Part shown: positions 36,439 to 44,092 of the stretch, piece by piece
Position numbering within the stretch: position 1 is the stretch's first letter
Layout: each line of letters begins with the position of its first letter
From: Escherichia phage vB_EcoM_PhAPEC2
DNA length: 64,000 nucleotides
Sequence record: NC_024794.1
Strand: one strand, 5' to 3'
Translations under genes and position numbers: made by a program
Notes under the pieces: generated by a model
Told to the model about the DNA's origin: nothing
Seen by the model: only the letters and a program-made list of their open reading frames with translations
The model's database searches: none

Positions 36439-36711
36439 TTAACAAGTGTGAGAAGATGCAACCCAACCACCAGTTTCGAGGCTCAGGTTGTAGTCGTATT
36501 GGTAAACGTCGGCCCATTCAGCATAGCCGTTTTTTGTACAACGTTCAAGATCGGCTTTAAGATGTCCTGGTGAATGATAGGTTCCACCCATACCATAAGC
36601 TGGGTACAAGTCGAATGTTGTGTTTTGTTTATCAGCAATTTCTTTGGCAGCCTCAATAGCTGCATAGATTTTTGCTACGGCTTCAGCCAGTTCGGTTTGT
36701 TCTTTAGACAT
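36439..36711 (-). CDS. Small protein, WVSSSxxC-tail family member
   Basis: 90 aa ending ...GGWVASSHTC; shares GGTYHSPG-like motif with next paralog. Confidence 0.5.
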   Translation of the reverse strand: MSKEQTELAEAVAKIYAAIEAAKEIADKQNTTFDLYPAYGMGGTYHSPGHLKADLERCTKNGYAEWADVYQYDYNLSLETGGWVASSHTC

Positions 36712-36720
36712 AATGATTCC

Positions 36721-37026
36721 TTAGCACAACGCAGAAGACGAAACCCAAGCACCTTCAGTAATAACGTAACCATTACCTTCACGCTTAACATCGCCACCAT
36801 TATTTTCAATTTCATCTTTCATCCACTGGGATACGATTTCACCCTTAGGATAATAAGTACGACCGCTACCATAATCACCTACAGAAAATGATACGGCATA
36901 TTGGTCTGCGATCTTTGTTGCTTCTTCTTCGATACGTTCAGCTTGATTCAGAAGTTTATAAATTGCATCTGAAGCGGATTTGGCATCATTAAACTCTGGT
37001 ACTTTAATTTCAATAATCTTACTCAT
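36721..37026 (-). CDS. Small protein, WVSSSxxC-tail family member
   Basis: 101 aa ending ...GAWVSSSALC. Confidence 0.5.
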   Translation of the reverse strand: MSKIIEIKVPEFNDAKSASDAIYKLLNQAERIEEEATKIADQYAVSFSVGDYGSGRTYYPKGEIVSQWMKDEIENNGGDVKREGNGYVITEGAWVSSSALC

Positions 37027-37382
37027 TTTCTACATTCCTTAATAAAGTTTTCAATTGTTTCATTTTCACGTCTAGCTAGGAGTTCATTATAACTAATCAT
37101 TTGAGAAGCGTAAACCTTTTTATTTTTCTTGTTATGGTTTATAAAATCGTAGTAAAAATAGACTACAGTACAAAATGATGCGATGGATGCAAAGGCTTGG
37201 GTGTATCTTAGGTCCTGCCATTGGTCTGTGAATCCACCGGTATTCCCTATAAATCCTAACACAACTCCGTCAATAAGAAATCCAACTAATCCAAAGGCAA
37301 ATCCCATGCCAATACTCATAATAAAAATTAGAATGTTCTCACCAAGAGACGGCCATACGGTTAAGAGTTGAGGCTTTTGCAT
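37023..37382 (-). CDS. Membrane protein, FIKECR-tail family member
   Basis: 119 aa; two TM-like segments; C-terminal ...ENFIKECRK. Confidence 0.5.
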   Translation of the reverse strand: MQKPQLLTVWPSLGENILIFIMSIGMGFAFGLVGFLIDGVVLGFIGNTGGFTDQWQDLRYTQAFASIASFCTVVYFYYDFINHNKKNKKVYASQMISYNELLARRENETIENFIKECRK

Positions 37383-37756
37383 CTTATTTCCTTAACGAAT
37401 TCCATAGCTTCTTCATATTCATATTTTTTAACAGCTTCATCATACTGAGCTTGGGCTTTTGCGCACTGAACTTTCCACTCGCGAACTCGAGCTCTGTGAT
37501 GACGGCCTTGGTGCCAATATCCTGCCCAATTAATAGGCATTAATAAAAACGGTACAATAAGTGGTGCGACGAACATTAATGAAAACGCTGCATCAGACGA
37601 TATAACTTTATTGGAATCTAAAATAGCTCCTATAATCATAAAGATTAAAAATGCTAAAGCTAAAATAGGGCCAAATAGTACTTCGTTTGGGATTAATTTA
37701 CGTTTGTATTCGTATGCCCATGGCTTAATTGGCATGTACAGGGTTGGCTTTGACAT
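37361..37756 (-). CDS. Membrane protein, FIKECR-tail family (divergent; start uncertain)
   Basis: ORF with hydrophobic segments; C-terminal ...EFVKEIRCKSLNS; alternative ATGs at 37786/37756/37735. Confidence 0.45.
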   Translation of the reverse strand: MSKPTLYMPIKPWAYEYKRKLIPNEVLFGPILALAFLIFMIIGAILDSNKVISSDAAFSLMFVAPLIVPFLLMPINWAGYWHQGRHHRARVREWKVQCAKAQAQYDEAVKKYEYEEAMEFVKEIRCKSLNS

Positions 37757-38327
37757 ATTCTCTACATTCCATAATAAATTGCTCAAGGATTAAATTGTTA
37801 GTGAAATTAGGACTAACAACCATAGTTTCATAAAGCGCATCAATAGCACTTAAAGCATCAACTCTTTTAAGCAAAGGCTTGCCTTCATACATAGTTTCAG
37901 AATCGACGATTAACGTAAAGTAATATTTTTTATTATCGACTAGAACTTCTGTGTCGATATAAAACATATTAGACCTCAGAAGCTTATCTCTAAAACCATA
38001 ATAATCTTCTGAACGTTCGCTGATATATTCCAATTCAGTGTTTAAACAACAAACAGACCACGTAGGAGCAACGAAATCAGTGAATCTAATATCATGGTCT
38101 GCAACTAGTTTAGCAATAGCTCCGATATCATGAATCATAATACCTGGGGCTAATAAAGATTTTCTGCTATGGCTAGCAGTTTTCTCAGTGGTCTCATAAG
38201 AAGCTGACCAGTACCATTTACGTCCGGTTGCAACATATCGTAATGAATCAACTAAAGACGTAGGTGGATTTACCTTATCTCGGAACTCTTCGAACATTGA
38301 GTCAATATCATTATTTTGGTTTCGCAT
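37725..38327 (-). CDS. Hypothetical protein (200 aa) with FIMECR-containing C-terminus
   Basis: ATG 38327 with SD AAAGGAG directly after the terminator at 38346-38368. Confidence 0.5.
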   Translation of the reverse strand: MRNQNNDIDSMFEEFRDKVNPPTSLVDSLRYVATGRKWYWSASYETTEKTASHSRKSLLAPGIMIHDIGAIAKLVADHDIRFTDFVAPTWSVCCLNTELEYISERSEDYYGFRDKLLRSNMFYIDTEVLVDNKKYYFTLIVDSETMYEGKPLLKRVDALSAIDALYETMVVSPNFTNNLILEQFIMECREYVKANPVHAN

Positions 38328-38345
38328 GTTAACTCCTTTATTATC

Positions 38346-38368
38346 CAAAAGGAGGACCGGAGTCCTCC
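38346..38368 (-). terminator. Rho-independent terminator (GGAGGAC-N4-GTCCTCC + U-run)
   Basis: Minus GGAGGACUCCGGUCCUCC followed by UUUUGG. Confidence 0.55.
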
Positions 38369-38376
38369 GCATTATT

Positions 38377-38970
38377 TTATTTCAAAGAGTTAATATATTC
38401 TTGTACATCAGCAGAAGTGGTTTCGACACCGGCTGGAGTGCCATTGAACGTTTCAACACGAGTCAGAGTGTCTTCGATATCAACCTTAGTCAGTGCAGCG
38501 ATTTCAATTACATCATCGGCTGTAGAGATACCAAGGGCATTGGCTGCTCGAGTTTCACGAATGTATTCGAGTTTAATTGCCAGGTTCTGACGAGCATCGT
38601 CAAGTTCAACCACCTTACGAGCAATTTCAATTCGCATAGCGGCATACCCGTCGGCTTTTGTATTAAGTTGTTCGGCAGTTCGACGATACAGAAGACCAAG
38701 TTTAGCATGCATAGTAACATCTTGTCCTTCAGCCAGGAGCTTGCGAATTTCACGTTCCTTAGAAGCGGCTTGCTTGTTCTTTTCATTAACAAGTTCGCGA
38801 ATACGTTTTTCTTCATTAATAGATTTAACAGAAGCCGTTTTTAGTTCTTTGATTTGGGTAATCAACTTATCTGCAGCTGCGTTATACTGTTCTTCGACAG
38901 TCAGATTTTTAGCCATAGCAGTACCCAGTTTAGTGCGGATGAATTCAACAAGTTTCTTCAGTGTGTTCAT
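38377..38970 (-). CDS. Hypothetical coiled-coil protein (197 aa)
   Basis: ATG 38970 ([10 protein letters not shown]...); heptad-like charged helical sequence; flanked by strong early promoter and terminator. Confidence 0.55.
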   Translation of the reverse strand: MNTLKKLVEFIRTKLGTAMAKNLTVEEQYNAAADKLITQIKELKTASVKSINEEKRIRELVNEKNKQAASKEREIRKLLAEGQDVTMHAKLGLLYRRTAEQLNTKADGYAAMRIEIARKVVELDDARQNLAIKLEYIRETRAANALGISTADDVIEIAALTKVDIEDTLTRVETFNGTPAGVETTSADVQEYINSLK

Positions 38971-39011
38971 ATTATTACCTTTCAATTGGTGGTTTATTAT
39001 CCAATGAGAGC

Positions 39012-39040
39012 ATTATACTCTGCTCTCAAGAGTTTGTAAA
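39012..39040 (-). promoter_or_regulatory. T4-type early promoter TTTACA-N17-TATAAT (exact duplicate of the one at 9879-9907)
   Basis: Minus TTTACAAACTCTTGAGAGCAGAGTATAAT within a 48-bp block identical to 9863-9910. Confidence 0.6.
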
Positions 39041-39268
39041 TTATTTTTTAATCAAATTGACATAAAACTTGGCGTCTTCCGGGTGCATGCCTTCACAGTA
39101 TTCTTCAACCATGAACTTCTTAACAGCTTCATAAGGACCACTCAGATTAAGCTCAGTTGTCCAGAACTTGGAATCTTGGGCTGAATCGATACGAACTTCA
39201 GGGTGACGGTTGCGAATAACTTCTTCGGTATATTCATAATCAACGACATCAATACTAACTTTAGCCAT
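39041..39268 (-). CDS. Hypothetical protein (75 aa)
   Basis: ORF, start MAKVSID at 39268. Confidence 0.5.
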   Translation of the reverse strand: MAKVSIDVVDYEYTEEVIRNRHPEVRIDSAQDSKFWTTELNLSGPYEAVKKFMVEEYCEGMHPEDAKFYVNLIKK

Positions 39269-39283
39269 TTTGTTTCTCCTCTG

Positions 39284-39326
39284 TAGTTGATAAGTCTATA
39301 GTATCACCATCCTTGGTGCTTGTACA
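39284..39326 (-). promoter_or_regulatory. PeSL-like early promoter cassette (TGTACA-N17-TACTAT)
   Basis: Minus TGTACAAGCACCAAGGATGGTGATACTATAGACTTATCAACTAC. Confidence 0.4.
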
Positions 39327-39334
39327 TCATTATT

Positions 39335-39667
39335 TTATTTTTTCCAACTTAACAACTTGTAGTGTCCTTCATTCGTACGAGGTTTATCCCAAGAAACACT
39401 AATATATGATTCGCTGTCAATAGAAGTCGCCGGGTTTTTCTCTACCGTAAGACCTTCACTTTCCAACCATTCAATAGTATTTGCACATAAATCAGAAGAA
39501 CACCTAATCGGGAACCGGCAAGATTTTTCACCTTTAGCTGCAGTGTTATACATCTTTTCTAAAATACGCTTTTGCACGTTTTTAAAAATAGTTTCAGCAG
39601 ATTCTTCAGATTTTTTATTCAGTTCAGTATAAAGACTCATAACATTCTTCTCATTAATAGGGCTCAT
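39335..39667 (-). CDS. Hypothetical protein (110 aa)
   Basis: ORF; start may be internal (MSLYTELNKK...). Confidence 0.5.
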   Translation of the reverse strand: MSPINEKNVMSLYTELNKKSEESAETIFKNVQKRILEKMYNTAAKGEKSCRFPIRCSSDLCANTIEWLESEGLTVEKNPATSIDSESYISVSWDKPRTNEGHYKLLSWKK

Positions 39668-39697
39668 AATATCTTAATCATGAGCCCATGTACACAT

Positions 39698-39961
39698 TTA
39701 TTTCATATTATTGAAATAATCTTCCGCATCAAAATCGTTATCATGGTAAACTTTGGTAGACGATTTGGCGTAGCCTTCGGCCGAGAACATATTAATCACA
39801 ACTTTAATTGTATACCACTGTCCGTCTTCATTACCCATTACTGCGTAAGTTTCAAACATCGGATGGTCAGGTCCAATAACTTTAATATCATTCACCGTAC
39901 GTCCGAAATCTTCTGGAACACATTTCATAAAGAAGTTGAACAGTTCACCGTAATTATCCAT
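39698..39961 (-). CDS. Hypothetical acidic protein (87 aa)
   Basis: ATG 39961 with SD GGAG (MDNYGELFNFF...). Confidence 0.5.
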   Translation of the reverse strand: MDNYGELFNFFMKCVPEDFGRTVNDIKVIGPDHPMFETYAVMGNEDGQWYTIKVVINMFSAEGYAKSSTKVYHDNDFDAEDYFNNMK

Positions 39962-39989
39962 TTCATTCTCCAAGTTTTTTCTGTATCGG

Positions 39990-40033
39990 TAGTTGATAGT
40001 TGTATAGTACCACGGAAGAACAGGGATGTAAAC
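39990..40033 (-). promoter_or_regulatory. PeSL-like early promoter cassette (TTTACA-N17-TACTAT)
   Basis: Minus GTTTACATCCCTGTTCTTCCGTGGTACTATACAACTATCAACTAC. Confidence 0.45.
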
Positions 40034-40101
40034 AGTTTTGTGAAAAAATTTTTAAAAAGTTCTGGGGAATTCTAGGGCAGGGAGAGGAAAGGCCTAGATA
40101 C

Positions 40102-40130
40102 CAAAAAGCCCTATCATTTAGATAGGGCTT
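40102..40130 (-). terminator. Rho-independent terminator (9-bp stem AGCCCUAUC + U-run) after IP-like gene
   Basis: Minus AGCCCUAUC-UAAAU-GAUAGGGCU followed by UUUUUGG. Confidence 0.55.
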
Positions 40131-40135
40131 TAAAA

Positions 40136-40699
40136 TTATTTACCTAGTTTAGTTATTATAGCTTCGGCAGCAGCTTTTAGCTTAGATGCAGTGTTAATAC
40201 GATTTTTAATTTCAGTATACGCATCGCCAAGAACATCAAGGCTATCAGAATAAACACTTACACTATTGCGTTCGCTATTTGAAATAGAACCTTTAGTTTT
40301 ACGATCAAAATCAGTGTACACGTCTTGAAGATCACGGGCTGCCTTCTTTGCATCATCCAATGCGTCAAGAGCTTTATTCAAAGCATTGACATATTTTTTA
40401 GTGTCAAACATATTCTTAGAAATTTTAACAGGTGCACGTTCAGGAGTAGCTAAGGCGGATTTAGGAACCTGCGTGCCAGATGCCAGTTTCTTAGAAATTT
40501 TGAAAAACGCTTTATTGAAACTATTTTCTTGACTCATCGTAAAAGAACTAGTATCGATGTTATACATTTCAATAGCTTTAGCTTTCCACTTAAGAAAATC
40601 GCCACGGTCTTTTGGATCCAAGTGGAAGAATACTTTAGTAAGATCTGCTTCAGATGGTAATTTTGCTGCTTCGGTTAAAAATTCGGCATAGGTTTTCAT
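40136..40699 (-). CDS. Internal-protein-like head protein (additional IP family member)
   Basis: 187 aa; capsid-targeting-like N-terminus MKTYAEFLTE; own late-promoter-like TAATAAATA about 40 nt upstream and own terminator. Confidence 0.6.
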   Translation of the reverse strand: MKTYAEFLTEAAKLPSEADLTKVFFHLDPKDRGDFLKWKAKAIEMYNIDTSSFTMSQENSFNKAFFKISKKLASGTQVPKSALATPERAPVKISKNMFDTKKYVNALNKALDALDDAKKAARDLQDVYTDFDRKTKGSISNSERNSVSVYSDSLDVLGDAYTEIKNRINTASKLKAAAEAIITKLGK

Positions 40700-40788
40700 T
40701 TAAAATCCTTGAAATAATTTATCGGTTTGTTATTAATTATTTATTACTTTGGTATTATCAGTAACAGCATTCTCCGAGTGAGTCAAAC

Positions 40789-40816
40789 TAAAAAGCCCCA
40801 ACCTTTCGGAAGGGGC
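40789..40816 (-). terminator. Rho-independent terminator (GAAA-loop hairpin + U-run)
   Basis: Minus GCCCCUUCCGAAAGGUUGGGGC + UUUUU; repeat of the 25378 and 41342 hairpin. Confidence 0.6.
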
Positions 40817-40822
40817 ATTCTA

Positions 40823-41287
40823 TTATTTAATTTGTTTAGCAGACCAGATACGGTCTTTAATAAGTTTTTGGATATCTTCAACATACTCAAGGCTATGAGC
40901 GTGAGGATTATCTTTGAAGCTATGTGCTCGTGCCAGTTTCTGGCCTTCTGTTTTGATTACTAAAAGCTCTTTAAGAATTGCTTCATACTTAGAAATAATT
41001 CCTTTGGCGATATTTTTTTCTTGAGCGGCTTTAGGGTCCGCTTTTGGCACAGGTGCTTTACCTGTAGCTTTCTGGAACAATTCACCTGATGCAGCTAGGC
41101 TTTTAAAAACTCGGCTAACAGTATTAGCATTAGTAAAACCTTCGGCTTTAAAATCTCTAATAAAACGGAAACGTTCTTCATCAGAGGCGTCTTTGTAAGA
41201 ATATTTACCTGCTTGAATTGCTGCAATCGCAGCGGCTTTTACATCTGAACTAGATTGTTCAGTCAAAAATTCAGCGTATGATTTCAT
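40823..41287 (-). CDS. Internal-protein-like head protein (additional IP family member)
   Basis: 154 aa; capsid-targeting-like N-terminus MKSYAEFLTE; late-promoter-like TAATAAATA at 41307-41315. Confidence 0.6.
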   Translation of the reverse strand: MKSYAEFLTEQSSSDVKAAAIAAIQAGKYSYKDASDEERFRFIRDFKAEGFTNANTVSRVFKSLAASGELFQKATGKAPVPKADPKAAQEKNIAKGIISKYEAILKELLVIKTEGQKLARAHSFKDNPHAHSLEYVEDIQKLIKDRIWSAKQIK

Positions 41288-41332
41288 GTTGCTTTTCCTA
41301 AGTTAATTAACTTATCTATTTATTATTATGCC

Positions 41333-41363
41333 AAAAAAAAAGCCCCAACCTTTCGGAAGGGGC
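41333..41363 (-). terminator. Rho-independent terminator (GAAA-loop hairpin + 9-U run) ending the tRNA/stable-RNA transcription unit
   Basis: Minus GCCCCUUCCGAAAGGUUGGGGC + UUUUUUUUU. Confidence 0.65.
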
Positions 41364-41365
41364 TA

Positions 41366-41660
41366 TGCCTTGCGGCAACCTTGTCGGGGTTCCACCTGCT
41401 AAGGCAAGTGTTTGTACGAAACGCCGGGATTCGAACCCGGTTATTAAGTAGTTGACGCTACTCAATATTTTTAAAAGGCCATATCTCGACCATATCCGAA
41501 CGTTCCGTCAAAAACGCTACTCGGCTTACGGCAAAGATATTTCCTCGAATCGATAATTCGGTGCGCCGTTTCTGCTGTGATGTAAGGGGATATTAACAAA
41601 TCGTAAAGATTTATTAAGACCAGTCCTTACTCAGGGAACATCAGTCCGACGACTTACCGG
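41366..41660 (-). ncRNA. Candidate small stable RNA(s) (position of T4 rnaC/rnaD species 1/2 RNAs)
   Basis: About 300 nt with no credible ORF, between an ORF and a strong terminator at the 3' end of the tRNA operon; contains tRNA T-arm-like CCGGGTTCGAATCCCGG. Confidence 0.3.
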
Positions 41661-41675
41661 TAGCGACCCGGCTTC

Positions 41676-42020
41676 TTATTTTGACATATCATCAATTTGC
41701 TCTCGACGCCGACGCCATAGATTAATCACTTCATTACCACATTCGGCGTTTGGTATATGACGGCAATAATATAATGATTCGCGTTTCTGGAACCGATGTT
41801 GCAATGGGATTTCGTTTAAAAGGTCTTTACGGTCAAAGTATTCAAAACTAGTTAACCCAGAACGATTTTTAATGAACTTCCAATGTCCAAATTCATTTTG
41901 AACATAGATGTAATCGGCATGCTGATACAACGAATTAATCAATCGGTCTGAAATAACTGTATCATGTTCGTTAAAATAAAACGTTAAATCATGAACTACT
42001 AAGTAAACATTACCTTTCAT
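41676..42020 (-). CDS. Hypothetical protein (114 aa) embedded in tRNA operon
   Basis: ORF between tRNA-Arg and the stable-RNA region; basic C-terminus (WRRRREQ). Confidence 0.45.
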   Translation of the reverse strand: MKGNVYLVVHDLTFYFNEHDTVISDRLINSLYQHADYIYVQNEFGHWKFIKNRSGLTSFEYFDRKDLLNEIPLQHRFQKRESLYYCRHIPNAECGNEVINLWRRRREQIDDMSK

Positions 42021-42039
42021 ATTTTCCTCACTTATTAAA

Positions 42040-42115
42040 TGGTCGAGACAGTAGGGATCGAACCTACGACCTAGGACTTAGAAGGTCCTTGCTCTTCCTT
42101 CTGAGCTATGCCTCG
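42040..42115 (-). tRNA. tRNA-Arg (anticodon UCU)
   Basis: Hand-folded 76-nt cloverleaf incl. encoded CCA: acceptor CGAGGCA/TGTCTCG, D-arm GCTC/GAGC, anticodon loop CTTCTAA, T-arm GTAGG-TTCGATC-CCTAC. Confidence 0.85.
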
Positions 42116-42119
42116 TATT

Positions 42120-42194
42120 TGGCGGACGTGCATGGATTCGAACCATGGGCCAATTGATTAACAGTCAACTGCTCTACCACTGAGCTACACATCC
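42120..42194 (-). tRNA. tRNA-Asn (anticodon GUU)
   Basis: 75-nt cloverleaf GGATGTGTAGCTCAGTGGTAGAGC...CTGTTAA...GGTTCGAATCC...CCA; 4-nt spacer to neighbours. Confidence 0.85.
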
Positions 42195-42198
42195 AAAT

Positions 42199-42273
42199 TG
42201 GTGGCCCTGGCTGGTTTCGATCCAGCTACCTATCAGTTATGAGCTGACAGCTCTCCCATTGAGCTACAGGGCC
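42199..42273 (-). tRNA. tRNA with CAU anticodon (elongator Met or lysidine-type Ile2)
   Basis: 75-nt cloverleaf GGCCCTGTAGCTCAATGGGAGAGC...CTCATAA...GCTGG-ATCGAAA-CCAGC...CCA; G1-C72 pair argues against initiator. Confidence 0.8.
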
Positions 42274-42352
42274 TAAATAACTTTCTATTATGAAAGGCAC
42301 TTTAGAGCACCTTTGGTAATAGAGGGTATGAATTAATAATAACACATAATTC

Positions 42353-42868
42353 TTAAAGCAAATCAATCATTTTAACAGTCGGCAAAACGATTTCTTCTTC
42401 AATATAAGCAAATTCGACACGTTCAACTACACGCAAGAAATCATAATCATAATATTCAGAAGCATGGCCAAGAATATCAGTGAGACCTTCTGATACCAAA
42501 TATCCGTTCTCACGGAACAGGTCAAATACACGTGATTCGTCTTCTTCAGATTTATTGCCGAGGTCGACTTCAATATCAAAGACCTTTTTAATGAATTCTG
42601 GATAAAGCTGGTCTGAGAACAGTCCTTCAACCAAGTATTCATAGATTAAAAGCGAGCAATCACTGAATAGTGTATTACCACAGTAACGTTCAGCTTTAGT
42701 GCTGGAATGACGACTCTTAAATTTCTTCAAGAGATATTTAAACTGCTGGAGCTCATGCTCTTCCACACCAAATAATGTTTTGGTTTTATAGTTGTCACCA
42801 TCATTTTCGTAGGTAGTGACATCAATTACGTAGCCCTTAGGAATTGTACTGCCTAAACAAATATTCAT
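42353..42868 (-). CDS. Hypothetical acidic protein (171 aa)
   Basis: ORF, ATG verified at 42868, SD GGTGAG. Confidence 0.5.
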   Translation of the reverse strand: MNICLGSTIPKGYVIDVTTYENDGDNYKTKTLFGVEEHELQQFKYLLKKFKSRHSSTKAERYCGNTLFSDCSLLIYEYLVEGLFSDQLYPEFIKKVFDIEVDLGNKSEEDESRVFDLFRENGYLVSEGLTDILGHASEYYDYDFLRVVERVEFAYIEEEIVLPTVKMIDLL

Positions 42869-42872
42869 TTAC

Positions 42873-43163
42873 TCACCGTACCATATTAATGTAATTATAT
42901 TCAATGCAACGTAATTTCAAAGGATTCTTGAAAATATCATATTCAAGAGGGCCTTTTTCTGTTTCAATAAAGAAATCAAAGTTAACTGTGTTAAATTTAT
43001 CATCTTCACAGAGTAATTTAACTTGCGAAGATGAACGGTCGATATAAACCTTTTCAACCTCAAAGTTAGTCAGAATACCATAGTCATTAACTAGTGCTTT
43101 AGCTGCACGTTGATCGCTTTCATATCCATTCTCGACAGATTTTACTTTAGCATAAAGAATCAT
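42873..43163 (-). CDS. Hypothetical protein (96 aa)
   Basis: ORF, ATGA-coupled. Confidence 0.5.
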   Translation of the reverse strand: MILYAKVKSVENGYESDQRAAKALVNDYGILTNFEVEKVYIDRSSSQVKLLCEDDKFNTVNFDFFIETEKGPLEYDIFKNPLKLRCIEYNYINMVR

Positions 43164-43522
43164 GAGTGTTCCACCACTTCAAAGGTATGAGCATCAACAA
43201 TATGATACCAGTCAAAATTTTCTTCTGCGTTTTTATAAATTTCGCGAAGAGCCTCAACAGTTTTTCCTGTAGCAACAAGGTCGTCAATACCACCAAGAGG
43301 ATAACAGTCATAACCAGCAAACAGAAGGAAATTAATAGTTTCTGTAGGTTCTGGATGCAGAACTCCGTTATCGTCTACCACTTCAAAGAAAGTGTAAGAA
43401 GGAGTACAAGTTTTAATCCAGGCCCATGCTTGAGCCGCTGAATCAAATGGTCTGCGTATCAAACGACAATCAGGGTCTTTAGAAGGATTTGCTTCAAAAT
43501 CCGCATATACATGATATTTCAT
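43160..43522 (-). CDS. Hypothetical protein (120 aa)
   Basis: ATG 43522 with SD AAAGGTGAG (MKYHVYADFEANPSKDP...). Confidence 0.5.
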   Translation of the reverse strand: MKYHVYADFEANPSKDPDCRLIRRPFDSAAQAWAWIKTCTPSYTFFEVVDDNGVLHPEPTETINFLLFAGYDCYPLGGIDDLVATGKTVEALREIYKNAEENFDWYHIVDAHTFEVVEHS

Positions 43523-43523
43523 T

Positions 43524-43709
43524 TTACTCACCTTTTGCAATTTTATCCATAACGATAGCGATTAAGCCGATTAGAAATGCTACTACCAATGAGATAGAGT
43601 TTTCAGTTGTTGTCAGTAGTCCACAAATGAATCCTACAAACATCGAAAAACTAAAAGCCATTGAAGCAATTACTACAGCAACATTACGAATCAGTTCAGC
43701 GCGTTTCAT
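43524..43709 (-). CDS. Hypothetical small membrane protein
   Basis: 61 aa from ATG 43709 (SD TGGAGAAA); two hydrophobic segments. Confidence 0.45.
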   Translation of the reverse strand: MKRAELIRNVAVVIASMAFSFSMFVGFICGLLTTTENSISLVVAFLIGLIAIVMDKIAKGE

Positions 43710-43737
43710 TTTATTTCTCCATTTACTCATTTGTTTT

Positions 43738-43776
43738 GATAGGACTACTATAACATAGTCCTATCGTGTTGTAAAC
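43738..43776 (-). promoter_or_regulatory. PeSL-like early promoter cassette (TTTACA-N17-TATAGT)
   Basis: Minus GTTTACAACACGATAGGACTATGTTATAGTAGTCCTATCAAAAC. Confidence 0.5.
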
Positions 43777-43779
43777 TAC

Positions 43780-44067
43780 TTACAGAAGAGTTTTTGCAAT
43801 AATTTTAAGCTGAGCTACAGAAATATGCTTAGCTTTAAACAGTGCGGTCTCTTCAGCCGGAGAGATAACAATAGTAGCGCCGTCTTTCTTAGCAGACCAT
43901 CCGTCCCCTAAGTAAACAGTACCTTTTACTTCTTCACCGTCAACCAGACTAATCATTGGTTTACCCTCACGTCCTTTATTTGTTTTAATAACTTCAGAAG
44001 TAAGGGATGCTTCGGTCAGAGTAGAAACGTTAGCAACAGGTGATATAAATTCTTTATAGGTTTTCAT
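43780..44067 (-). CDS. ipI: Internal head protein IPI-like
   Basis: 95 aa (same length as T4 IPI); capsid-targeting-like N-terminus MKTYKEFIS...TLTE; SD AAGGAAAT. Confidence 0.7.
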   Translation of the reverse strand: MKTYKEFISPVANVSTLTEASLTSEVIKTNKGREGKPMISLVDGEEVKGTVYLGDGWSAKKDGATIVISPAEETALFKAKHISVAQLKIIAKTLL

Positions 44068-44092
44068 TTTATTTCCTTGAGGCTGTTTATTT

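Noticed and set aside
38326-38844. 172-aa plus-strand ORF
   Set aside because: Entirely antisense to the well-supported minus-strand coiled-coil gene 38377..38970 and its terminator; Ser/Phe/Leu-rich composition typical of a wrong-strand frame
39572-40075. 167-aa plus-strand ORF
   Set aside because: Antisense to minus-strand genes 39335..39667 and 39698..39961 and crosses a promoter cassette; low-complexity hydrophobic translation
41676-42020. Homing endonuclease in the tRNA region (segB-like)
   Set aside because: The 114-aa ORF has no GIY-YIG or HNH motifs and is too short; kept as hypothetical only
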